NCBI GenBank assembly: GCA_904063045.1
Contig: CAJFCJ010000141.1
Coordinates: 25,961-72,291, forward strand
DNA from: Dimorphilus gyrociliatus
Lineage: Eukaryota > Animalia > Annelida
Direction of reading: 5' to 3'
DNA length: 46,331 nucleotides
This document shows, piece by piece, positions 1 through 10,618 of the stretch (position 1 is its first letter; every line of letters starts with the position of its first letter). Under the pieces are notes generated by a model. That model made no database searches. It had not been told where the DNA came from and saw nothing but the letters and a program-made list of their open reading frames with translations. The translations under genes and the position numbers were made by a program.

Positions 1-1025
1 AAATTAAAAAGTCATTTAACTTTAATTGAAATTGAATTCTTTTTTTATTTATTCCAGTAAAATCTTCTAGATTTCTAGTCATTTTGCAGTTTTTCTTTTG
101 CAATGTTTGTATTCATTGCAATGGTATTTTTTTCAATAATTCTAAAATCATTTAGTGTGGAAAATACTTGTCTAAATCAAGAACATTCCATCAAGATAAC
201 AAAAAATGATAGTTTAACAGTAACTGGAATAATAGAGATAAGATTTAATGATAGAGGATTATTATCAATTTCTCATTTATCTTTTAAAGCCATTAATACT
301 GATGATTTATGTAAGAAATTGAACTACTCTTCATTCGAAAGTAAATTTCAAATGACTGAAGAAGAAAATTCAATAAATGAAAAAGTTGAATTATTTAAAA
401 GAGAAGATGGAGAATGTATTATGTAATGGAGTTGTTTTCATTTTAAAAGTATTTACTTAGATATAAGTAATTATTATGGACAGATCATTATCGAACACAA
501 ATAGAAAATTGTCATTAATCTGTTACAAGAAAGACAGTAAATGTAAGAATATCGTTATTAATCCAGTCTAAAAATATTAATAATTCCTGTTCTATAAATA
601 GTTCTTATAGCTTTGGAAAATAGAAATGATAGTCATTACTCATTAATTTATTATACTATGAATATTTTTTACTATATTATACATTTGAAAAAAATCATTC
701 TCTTTGTCAACAAACTGAAGTAACAATCTCTTATAATCATTTTTATTCTATAAATAATACATTTTATGCTTTATACAATGAACATTTTTTTAATATTTCT
801 ATCTTTCACCGGTTACTTTGAAAAATCAACGTGTAATCTGTTTTCTTCTATTTCTATTGCTATTAGTATTGTCAATATTGCCAAACATTGTCTAAAGTGT
901 AAGTAGCATACATTTAAAAAAAATCTATTTTTAACGCCATCTACCGGGAGGAGAGAGGGATAGAGAACAAATTTATTCATCATTCTCTCTCTCTTTCTCT
1001 CTCTATCTTTCTGTTTTTTTTATAG

Positions 1026-1506
1026 AATTTTCATTCTAAAACCAAAATATGTTATAATATTAATGTCTGGAATAACGACAGCGAAGGTTGGACTTTTTCA
1101 ATGATAACCTTTGGTCTCCTCTTCCTATTCAATATAATTGTAATCATTTGCTATACAAGAATTCATTTATTTATAAAAATTTCTCATAAATCATTAAAAA
1201 GAATGGGATTTCAAAATGTTGAAAAATCAAAACTTTCAACAGCAATTATAATTGTTTTAATAACAAATACAATTTGTTTCACACCATTTTCTATACTTTG
1301 TTTTTTATCTTCATTTATAAAATTTAATTTAAAAGACTCAATCTATACAACTTTCATAATTACACTTCTACCAATAAATTCAATTATTAATCCAACAATT
1401 TTCCTATCAAATAGATATCTACAATATAGAATTGATAAGAAGGATAGAGAGAAGAAAGACAGAATGAGGCATTTTGATGAAATTTTGATGAAGAAAGAAG
1501 CAACAA
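1026..1506 (+). CDS. Gene A exon: ECL2-TM5-TM6-TM7 of a GRL101/LGR-like rhodopsin GPCR
   Basis: After AG at 1024-1025 it reads NFHSKTKIC...GWTFSMITFG...ITNTICFTPF...LLPINSIINP. The homologous phase-0 acceptor is present in B and C. Confidence 0.8.
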
Positions 1507-1662
1507 GTAAATTCTTTCCTTTCTCTTTTTAACTGATTTTCTCCTAGTTTTATGTTTAAATCTTCTGTTCAAAATGGAAAAACTAGAATAAAATCTTTAG
1601 ATAGACTGGTTCCATTATTAGTTTTATTATTATAATAATGTGTTTTTCTTTTTATTGAAAAG

Positions 1663-2079
1663 TATTGGAATATTTTAGAGAAAATGAAGAAAATCAAATT
1701 CTACATCAAAATAGAAACTATAATTTAAGTTGTTTGAAAATTGATAATGAATTTTATACAAAAAATTTTTATTTCAATATTATAAAAATGGTGATAAAAT
1801 CATTAATTTTTTTGCATAGTCATTCATTGTGTCTTAATAAAGAAATCCATTTGAATAATATTGTTTTTGATGCAAGTTTTTAGATTTCTTATTCTTTGTT
1901 TAATCAGTGTTTTTTTTTATCTTTTGCAATCTTTCTTTTAGTCTATAAGTCAAAAATATTTTCTGCTGATAAATCGTATAAAAGGATACAGAGTGGAATG
2001 CCATCACAATGATATTAAACAATATGGACATCTTGTTAGAAAAACACTACAAAAACTTTTATTGTTCATAATAAATTAA
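1663..2079 (+). CDS. Gene A pseudokinase C-lobe exons (1663-1871, 1942-2079)
   Basis: ILEYF...IIKMVIKSLIFLHSHSLCLNKEIHLNNIVFD | ...HNDIKQYGHLV. Phase-1 intron 1507-1662 and phase-0 intron 1872-1941 keep the frame with the TM7 exon. Confidence 0.65.
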
Positions 2080-2367
2080 TTTAGCGTTCATATGACTATA
2101 AAGTTAACTTTTTCACTTTAAAGTAACGACTATTTATTAAATTTCATATAATATCTTGTAAGGTCACGTGATATCCATTATAAAACGTCTACACTTTTTG
2201 TAATTTTTACCCTAACCCTAGTCTACCTGTTGACAAAATATTCTTTATACAATAACTATAAGTTCCTAGTGGAATAAATAACCTTGACCTTAGAAAAACA
2301 CTTAACCTTAGTTATAAAAAATTCCTTTCACTAGTTTTTGAATTATTTTGAAAAAGTTTACAAAAAT

Positions 2368-2800
2368 TTAAAAAGATAACCATAATTTATTTGAAAGAGT
2401 CTTCTTTTGTAGAATTCTTTTTACAATTATCCCGAGACATTCAATGTCACGTGGTTCATTCTTCTCATTTAATATAAATAGAAAATTTCTTTTTAATATG
2501 AAATTTTTCATAGAATTCTAACAAATTGTTTAATAAAGAAAAACAATTAGAGATAATTAGAGTAATGAGTATTGAATATTTGAAAATCAATGATACTTAC
2601 ATCATAATAAATGCTCTCTATTGATATCTTACCATTTAAGGAGAAACCACAAGAATGAGTAAAGATAATTGTTTGACATATATCCTTTAAACATTTTACA
2701 TAATTCATATTTTTAAAAAATTGGTGTGTTATAACAAGTTTTTCGGCTTTTTGAGGAAAAGTAGAATATAAATCATCAAATTCTTCAAAAAAATTTAAAA
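2368..2800 (-). CDS. Gene B pseudokinase C-lobe exons (2800-2601, 2517-~2368)
   Basis: LNFF...VKCLKDICQTIIFTHSCGFSLNGKISIESIYYD | gtaagt ... EPRDIECLGIIVKRIL. Intron 2859-2801 is phase 1 and intron 2600-2518 is phase 0. Confidence 0.7.
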
Positions 2801-5800
2801 CTGTACAAAAAATGAAAAATTAATGAAAAAGAAAATTCAAATTTCCTGTTTTTTTTTACATTTTTCTCTTTCACTTTTTTTAACTTTTGCTATCAATTCA
2901 ACCTTTTCTTTCATTTTGAACATTTTTCTATTTTTCAAATTCTCTTGAATTTGTCCAAATGTTGATATAATTGGATTTAACAAAGAATTTAGAGGAATTA
3001 CAACAATTACTATTAAATTATATAAAACATCTGTCAATTCAATTTTTAGTTTAAGTGATAAAATTCCTTAAAAGAAGACATTGATAATGAAATGAATATA
3101 AAAAAGGGCAAAATGCAAAAAATTAAACCTAAAATTGAAAATGGCAGCCATAAAATAATATTTGAAAATGTTAATACAAAGATTGCTATTCTTATATTTC
3201 CTGTTTTCTTATTATTTGTATTTGCTGAATTAGAAGACATGACCTTCTTTTGCCTTCTTACAATATAAAATAAATGAAAATATAGAATTGCTATTATCAA
3301 ACTAACAAATGGTATGAAAATTGAAAATAGAAAAAATGGAAATATCCAACCAGATATTTTTTCACTAGTAATATGAATATAAAAACAAATTGAAGATATT
3401 GTATACAATTTCTGTGTTCAAAACAATTTTTATTTATGTCTAAAATTTATTGACCTTTTTTTTCTTGTTTTATTTACGTGGCCAAAGAAGAGAGGGAAGC
3501 ACGATAATAGGACAATAACACCAAAGACTACTATGTTTATATAGACTGAATATTTTGTTAAATATTGAATACCCATTGGTCTTGTTATTACTTGATGTCT
3601 TTCAATTGCCAATAACAACATACTTATTACTGATAACAAAATGGAAAATGTCATTATCGTTCCCAAGAATTGACATAGGCTACTTTCTTTCCAAAATATT
3701 GAATTATCCAAATAATTGCCACTGTAATATACATTGGCACAGGCTAGTATTAAAATATATAAAGATATTGAGCCATTTCCAAATGACAACATTATATTAC
3801 AAATTTTAGATTTTCCTATTTTCTTCAAAGTATAAATAATTGACGAAATGTTGGCCAATAAACCAAAAATTCCATAAAACCAACAAAGTAAACTTGCCAA
3901 GTTCGAACCAATTAAACGGCTACAAGTTTGAAAAATTGACGTTGATGGTTCGCAAGCCTTATCACTTCCTCTATATTTCCAAAATAGACAGCAAAAATGA
4001 AAATTATTTCCAGATATATAATTCAAATTCTTTAAAGAGTTTAATATATTGTGAAATATATTGGTTGGTATGTCAGTTTTGTCAAATGATAACTTTTCTA
4101 ACGAGGTCAAAGGTTGAAAAGTGTCAATTTGAATAGAATTAATAGGACAGTAATTAATTTGAAGTGATTTTAAATGAGTACAAAATTGAAAATGTAAATG
4201 ATTAAGTGAGAAAATGTTTGTGTGCGAAATATCTAAAGTTTGTAGATGTTTACAAGACAATTGATTTAAGAACATTAAATTTGAAATTGGATTAAAAGAC
4301 AGTTGAAGATGTTGAAGTATTAATAGAGGTTTTTGTAAAATGTTTGCATCTTCATTCATTTCACATTTCACGATTGTCAAATTCACTAAATTTGCAAAAT
4401 AGCCCAACGAATATTTCACATAATTTTCATTCTTCTCCAAATAGAGCAACGCCAATCTCGTTGAATTTTTCAACACATTTTCATCTGTATTTCCGGTTAT
4501 TGAGATTTTCCTGAATCCTTCTTCAACCGTCAAACTTTCAGATTCACCTTTTTCTTTGAAATTGCATTGCAGTTGCAGATGATTCACAACTCTGCAATTG
4601 GGGTTAGAGACGCGGGGCAATTTGCAGTATATCTCATCGCTGCCCTTTTGGCAATGAATCACTGTATCGCATACTTTGCTGATCAGCAAGTGTCTATTCT
4701 CGCCTCTGCACTTGAAATATCCTTTCATTGCTATCTTTTCTGCAACGAACGAAATGATTTAGACAGGTGAATCGTTTGCCCGCAAAATGTACCGCAATGG
4801 AATTCGTCATCTCCCAGTAGACAATGATCCACTCCGTCACAAACTAATTCAATAGATATACAGTAATTTCTCCTATAGCAGAGGTAGAAACCCCGAGGAC
4901 AAGATTCTCTGTTGCAGTCATTTTGCGACATTAGAATTGTGTTTTTAATAATTCCAGTACTGAACACTTCGACAAAACATTCCTTAGGTTGTTTAATATG
5001 ACGGTGACCTTTGTAGAAATTAGTCAAATTGAATCTTGAATAGAAATTGTAATTTTCAGATTCATCATTTTTGGCGATACAGTCGTATTTGAAATCATCG
5101 ACAAACTCTTTTGGAATACAATAACTTCCACAATCTGCTTGATATTGCTCATTGCAGTCTAAAAAATGGAAAGTATTTTAATGATATCATGAAAAACCAA
5201 ACATTCGTTTATACTTTCTCTATATTCATTCGATATTGCATCAACATTTTGGCATTTTTCATCACTTTCATCGATGCAGTGTCTTTCATTATCACAAATA
5301 TTTTCTCTCTTAACGCATTCTCCATTTTTACATTTTCTGCAAGAAATATAAAACAAGAATTATAAGTTTTGTAAGAATTGAGAGAACTGTTTTTCGAATG
5401 TGATAGATAGACGAAAAAGAGAGAGAGAGAGGGGAAAGAGGGAGGAAAGCATCGAGTGACTAATTAATTATGGTCATCATCTTCCTAGACGTTTTCTATC
5501 AACTGCGAATTTTTTTAAAACTAACATTTCATGATCAGCACATGAGCTTGTCTCTTGTAAAAACAAAAACAAAAGAAAGCAATGAGAATTAAGTTGATAA
5601 AATTACTATTAGTTTTATTTAGGTTATACCGCAAAAAGTTTCGTCCAATTTATCTTCACAATCATTTACAAAATCGCAAACTTTAAAAGAGTGAATCTTC
5701 TCTCCGGATGATACACATGAAAATTGATTATTAATTATTTGAATTGAGCAATTTTCTTCATCTTCCCCGCTGTAACAATCTTTGAAATTATCGCAAAGAT

Positions 5801-8800
5801 AATAAAAATTTATGTAGAATCCATCTTTTGAACAATAGAAAAGGTTTTCTTTAATTGTAGAAATCAATGAGACAATGTCAGAATGGAAAAATTGTATTGG
5901 ATTGTTGAATTGAAATTCATGAATTGATATTAATGGTATTTTTTGGCAAATTATAAATTTGCTGATTGGTAAATGGCATGATATTTCGTTAAAATGATAT
6001 CTAACTGCACTAAAATCATTTTTATATCTCTATAGAATATTTTTGAAATTATTAAATACATTTTTGCAAAAACAATAAAGAAATTATACAACATTCTCAC
6101 AACGATAACCATACGCATAATAGTCTAATTGATCTATAAATTCCTTTCAGAATTTAATAAACAAAAATTTGAATTTGAATTTTGTAAAAAAGAAAATATT
6201 TAAAAAAAATTTTTACATATGTTAGGATGTAATCTTTAAATGCTTTTTCATACAACTGTCTATAATTCTATAATATTTTGATTATAATTCATTTTTAGTT
6301 TTTATTAAATATCTCAAAGAGAAAAATGAATAATTTACCGGAAATACGTCACAAATATCTTCATCACTAAATCCATTCTTTTTTGTAGATTTTGAAAAAA
6401 AAATTGATTTTGAAATTATGGAATTTTTTTAAATATTAATAATTACAGTCATAAAAACATTCAATTGCCAATCTCTAAAATTCTGTCAAAAAGAATTAAA
6501 ACTTAGAACTAACTATATTAAAACAATTATTGTATATTTCTTATACTTGTATAGTGTTTAATTTTTTTAGTTTTTGTGAAAAACATGTCATTGAATCATT
6601 CAAATTTGAAGAACTTTCCAACAATTTTACTATGTTGAAATTTTTCAATTTTTTTTTTAACTATCATCAGTTTTTTGTTGTTGTAGTTGTTTTAAATTTG
6701 AATTTATTTGAATAATGAAAAAAATTTTTTTTTTACTTGTTTATTATAAGATATTGGCAGAGACATTGATAAATTTCTTTCACTAAGATTTGTATATTTT
6801 CCTTTAACAGTTAATTTTGTTGTGAAATCTGCAAAAGAGAGATTTTTTTTGTTATGTAAAAAACATGAAAAATGTAGAAATATTTTACATGAAACAATTT
6901 TAAATTCTAAATTTAACTCAAGAAAATTTGATAGAAAATATATTAGAAAAGTTTTATCAAATGTTGGAAAATCAGATAATGTTAAATTTTTATTTAAACA
7001 AAATTCCTTCATTTTGTAAATTGATGTTAATTTGCTACTATTATAGATAATATAACAAACATTATCTATATTGATAACATTCTTTCCACTACATTCTGAG
7101 AAAAAAAACAGAAATTTGAATTGAAAATCTAATATTTTGAGTAGCATATATTCTACTTGTTGTAACTTTATTTGAGCATTGAACATAGTATGGCAGCCAA
7201 TATGTTAATCTGTTTGGGTTTTTAACCATTTTGTACCAATTCTACCTAGCTCCCTCTAGTGTTGAAATATTATAAATTACCTTGTTTGACTTATTGTACA
7301 ATTGTTGAAATTAATTTCATCATTTTTACAATAAACAGTTTGAAATGTAAAATATCCTTTTCTGTCTAGATTTCTTTGCATTATATGACTTTTTTTGACG
7401 ATAGTTCCATAATTAAAACGGAACGTCGAACATAAAAATTGCAATTCGAAATATTTTAAATAAACAACATTACGCCAAGTAATGTTATCAAAGTATTGAA
7501 AAATTCCTTCAATATCGTTCTTCTTCACTACTTGATAAGGATAAAAAGTTTTACCATTTTCTTCAATAATTCTATAATTAGATGTTTCTTAAAACATGAA
7601 CAAATCTAGAATTTTAGTGTTTTATCAATAGAAAAAAATAGGTCAAACTTTTTTTATCTTTTTCAAAACAAGTAAATTTATATAATGTTGAAAATTGACG
7701 TTTAGTCTTTCCATAATAAAATTTACATTGTAATTTTTTAACATTTTGACCTTGACATTTTGTAATATATACTACATCCTTTTTTTTATAAAAAAAACAA
7801 AACATATGTAAATATAAAATACAGAAAATAGTAAAAAATTTTCTCTATACAAAATTCCAAGTGTTTGTAGAATATTCATTACAAAAATCAGAATTAGGTA
7901 ATTTATTTATTTTTTCACACCAAAAGCTACATGTTTCAAATGTTTTGCTATTTTTATTCTTATAAAAAGTTGGCAATTGTAAACCAAGTGTTTTTGATTT
8001 TAAAACAATTTCTGAATTAGTGATATATTCAGTATCATAAAATAGTAATTTTGAATTTTCACTAATTTGAAGTTGATGAATTTGTGTATCTTTTCGTTTT
8101 TTTTTTAAAAAAAAAAGACAAAAATAATAGAATTATGAAAAACTAAAAAAAAATAGAGTACAAACCATTTAATTCAGAAAATGTACATTCAACTTTTAAA
8201 TGAAATTTTCTATCTTCAAGTTGATTGGACGCATTGAAAAATTTAGGATTTGAATCATTTGTTTGATACAATAGAATTATTTGGCTTATATTGTAATTTG
8301 TAAATTTTTGGTTTGAGATAAAAAATTCACTTTTACTGCATAAATTAATTTTTTTTGTAAAATTCTTTTCCATAAAAATTTTGTGAATTGTTTGATTTTT
8401 TTTAAAGAATAATTGAAAAACATTCCATTTATGAAGAGCGGCAAAAATATCTGTTTTTTTTTTTTAAATCTAATTTATTTTATTTTAAATTCAAATGTAA
8501 ATTTAAATTCATACATGTTGATTCATTTTTATAACATTTTAAAATTAAACCATAGTTCTGTTTAATACGTTTGGGAATTCTATTTTGAGAAGAAAACATT
8601 TTAAATACAATAAGAACACAAAAGTATCAGGTGGATGGGAGAAAACTGGTAAGAATTTTTTGGATTTAAAAAATAAAAGAAGAAATGGAATGTTTTCTCC
8701 CATGCACTATATGTTTAGTACATTAAGCAGCAAACGCCATTGTTATGACTCAATCTGACCATTTTAGTTTTAGATAATTGTTTTGGATAAGGACTTGTAG

Positions 8801-10316
8801 ATGAAGATATACCATCAAATCCCAAGGATTTGCATATAGAATTTGTAACTACTCTATGAATTTGTCTATATTCAAGAAAATAGTAAGAATCACTGAAAAC
8901 ATGCTGAACAAGTGGAATTCCAGTAACAAATAATCGACTTTCGTTCGTAACGTTGATAAATTTAAGTGAAACATTCCTTAAATTCTTGTAAACTAATTTT
9001 GATGGTTTGTTTGTAAATTAAATCAAAAAGTAAAAAATTAGGTCTTACATCTATTGTCTTTAAAAAGGCATTTTGCATTGACAATTCTAAATGAATGATT
9101 TCTAGTTGGATTTTCATTTAATGTACAATGAGGAAATGACATTTTAATAAGAGAACAATTTTGAAAAAATGCATATTTCATCTAAGATAGAAATGGAATT
9201 AGAAAATGAAAATAATTTTGAAAAACATTATGATTATTTACTTTACCAACAGCATTATTTAAATTTTCTGATTTGCATTCCCTTACACTATATAATGCAT
9301 TGTTTAAATTACAGATAAATTGGCAATTGTCTTCTAATGTTGATGTTCTCTTATCAAATATTGGATAGGTAATTTTTAAATCTTTTCTCAATAGAATATA
9401 GTCAATGTTTCGAAAAATTGACTTGTCAAAACTTTTTCTCCAAATTGCAGCATAATTTAAAGTATCGTATATTAAATCTGCAATAAATTTACATCTGTTT
9501 CTTTTCTTTTTTGACATTTGTTTTTTTTTCATATCTTACACTTCATTTCCATAAATTTACAATAAATTTTTTCAAGAGTATCATTAGATATAATCTCCTC
9601 ATCATTACTTTCATTAAAGGATAATGAGATTGTCTCAATAACTGATGAATTCATGATATTTGTAATATAATATTCACTTTTATTACAGATTTTTAATTTG
9701 TGTTTTGAATTTGAAGTAATTTCATAAAATTTATCCGCCATTTTATAATAGGGTTGAAAAATATTTCTTCCAACTTTTAATGTGAAGATATCTTAAAATT
9801 TTAATTAGTATATTTTTAAAAGAAAAAAAAAATTATTTTCTGCCAATCTATATTTACAATTGGTGTTTTTTTTGAAACATTTCACCCTTGTTCTCTTATA
9901 AAATATACTTGAATCTTTTACTTTACTTCTCCAAAGTTTCTGACTGGAAAAAAAGTTAATTATAGCTATTTTTAATATCAAAAAAAAATAAAAGAAACTG
10001 ACTATGAACAACATTTCTCTGTATTTTTCAAAATTATACACTTATTATCGTAAATGTAACTATAAATAGGACTATGAAAAGATATATGAGAACTATAACC
10101 AAAATTTTTACATAGATTGTTGATAAGTGAATTATTTATTGGTTGATGATAGCATAATGATAAATTAACAGTTTTTGTACGAAATTTTAAAAATCCATAA
10201 TCATAGTGTTGAGTCCTATTCCTAATATCAAAAAATATTTGATGATTAACAGAAAAATTATTATTTTGAAATGAAATTATAATATTTGAAAAAATGAGAA
10301 ACAATTCTTTAATCAT
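2368..10316 (-). CDS. Receptor paralog B: SP, 3x SRCR-like, CTLD-like, ~6x LDLa, ~6-7x LRR, 7TM, pseudokinase C-lobe (GRL101/LGR type C-like, multi-exon)
   Basis: Colinear minus-strand exons: SP/SRCR-like 10316-10003; SRCR-like ~8940-8760 (LFVTGIPLV...SICKSLG) and 7528-7290; CTLD-like ~7100-6740 (DNVCYII...KEFC); LDLa pair 5867-5630 (CDNFKDC..GEDEENC); LDLa exons 5336-4793; LDLa-LRR-hinge(FCC)-TM1-4 exon 4739-3478; TM5-7 exons; kinase-like exons. GT-AG introns in consistent phase where checked. The 3' end is approximate. Confidence 0.8.
3478..4739 (-). CDS. Gene B large exon: last LDLa, LRRs, hinge, TM1-TM4
   Basis: FKCRG...CDTVIHCQKGSDEIYC, LQHLQLSFNPI-type LRRs, FHFCC hinge, four hydrophobic segments, TM3 AIERH. 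Exon length 1262 nt fits phase 1 to phase 0. Confidence 0.85.
4103..5339 (-). repeat. Copy 1 of a near-identical inverted 1.24-kb tract (partner 16004-17237)
   Basis: Reverse complement matches 16004-17237, including two introns. Only a 3-bp intronic indel was found in the segments compared, and the translations are identical. Confidence 0.95.
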
Positions 10317-10526
10317 TTAGAACAATTCTTTTTCTTAATGTAATTTAAAGTTGTTTTTCTTTTTTATAAAGGACTTTTTTTTTTTCTTTTTTTTGTCATC
10401 CTTTTTCAATTGTAATAATTGGTTATTTTATAGGCTTCTATTAAAAATTTGAACTCTACAATTACAATTTATTTAGTCATTTTTACAAAATAATTAATTA
10501 CTAAATGGAATATTTGTCTTCATTTT

Positions 10527-10561
<35 letters not shown>

Positions 10562-10618
10562 CTCCCTTTAATATTATTACTTCTTTTTATCAATTAAATC
10601 AATGAATGACACCAACTA
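10317..10618. promoter_or_regulatory. Short intergenic region between divergent start codons of B and C (candidate bidirectional promoter)
   Basis: 302 nt separate the two ATG-initiated signal-peptide exons on opposite strands. Function is inferred from geometry only. Confidence 0.5.
10530..10558. repeat. (TA)n microsatellite, about 14 units
   Basis: Directly visible. Confidence 0.95.

Larger units (their letters stand above)
103..2079 (+). pseudogene. Receptor paralog A: signal peptide, one SRCR-like module, then directly TM5-TM7 and pseudokinase exons (internally deleted gene or pseudogene)
   Basis: ORF 103-426 has a hydrophobic N-terminus and TVTGIIEI...LCKKLNYSS, matching SRCR-like exons of B and C. 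Exon 1026-1506 encodes ECL2 Cys, TM5, TM6 and TM7 (PINSIINP). No LDLa, LRR or TM1-4 is recognisable in the 600 nt between them, and I could not build a clean splice path through 423-1025. Confidence 0.6.

Noticed and set aside
1509-1532. ORF-track stops right after TM7 (1532, 2837, 18590) as true C-termini
   Set aside because: Each lies inside a predicted intron with a conserved phase-1 donor upstream; kept only as a possible unspliced isoform.
1663-2079. Stand-alone active kinase or guanylyl cyclase gene
   Set aside because: No N-lobe, HRD aspartate, DFG or cyclase domain, and no separate start; better explained as receptor tail exons.
4567-4770. ORF MQLQMIH... conserved in two places (also 16570-16773), and MEYNNF... 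ORFs
   Set aside because: Antisense to the LDLa exons; conserved only because the tract is duplicated.
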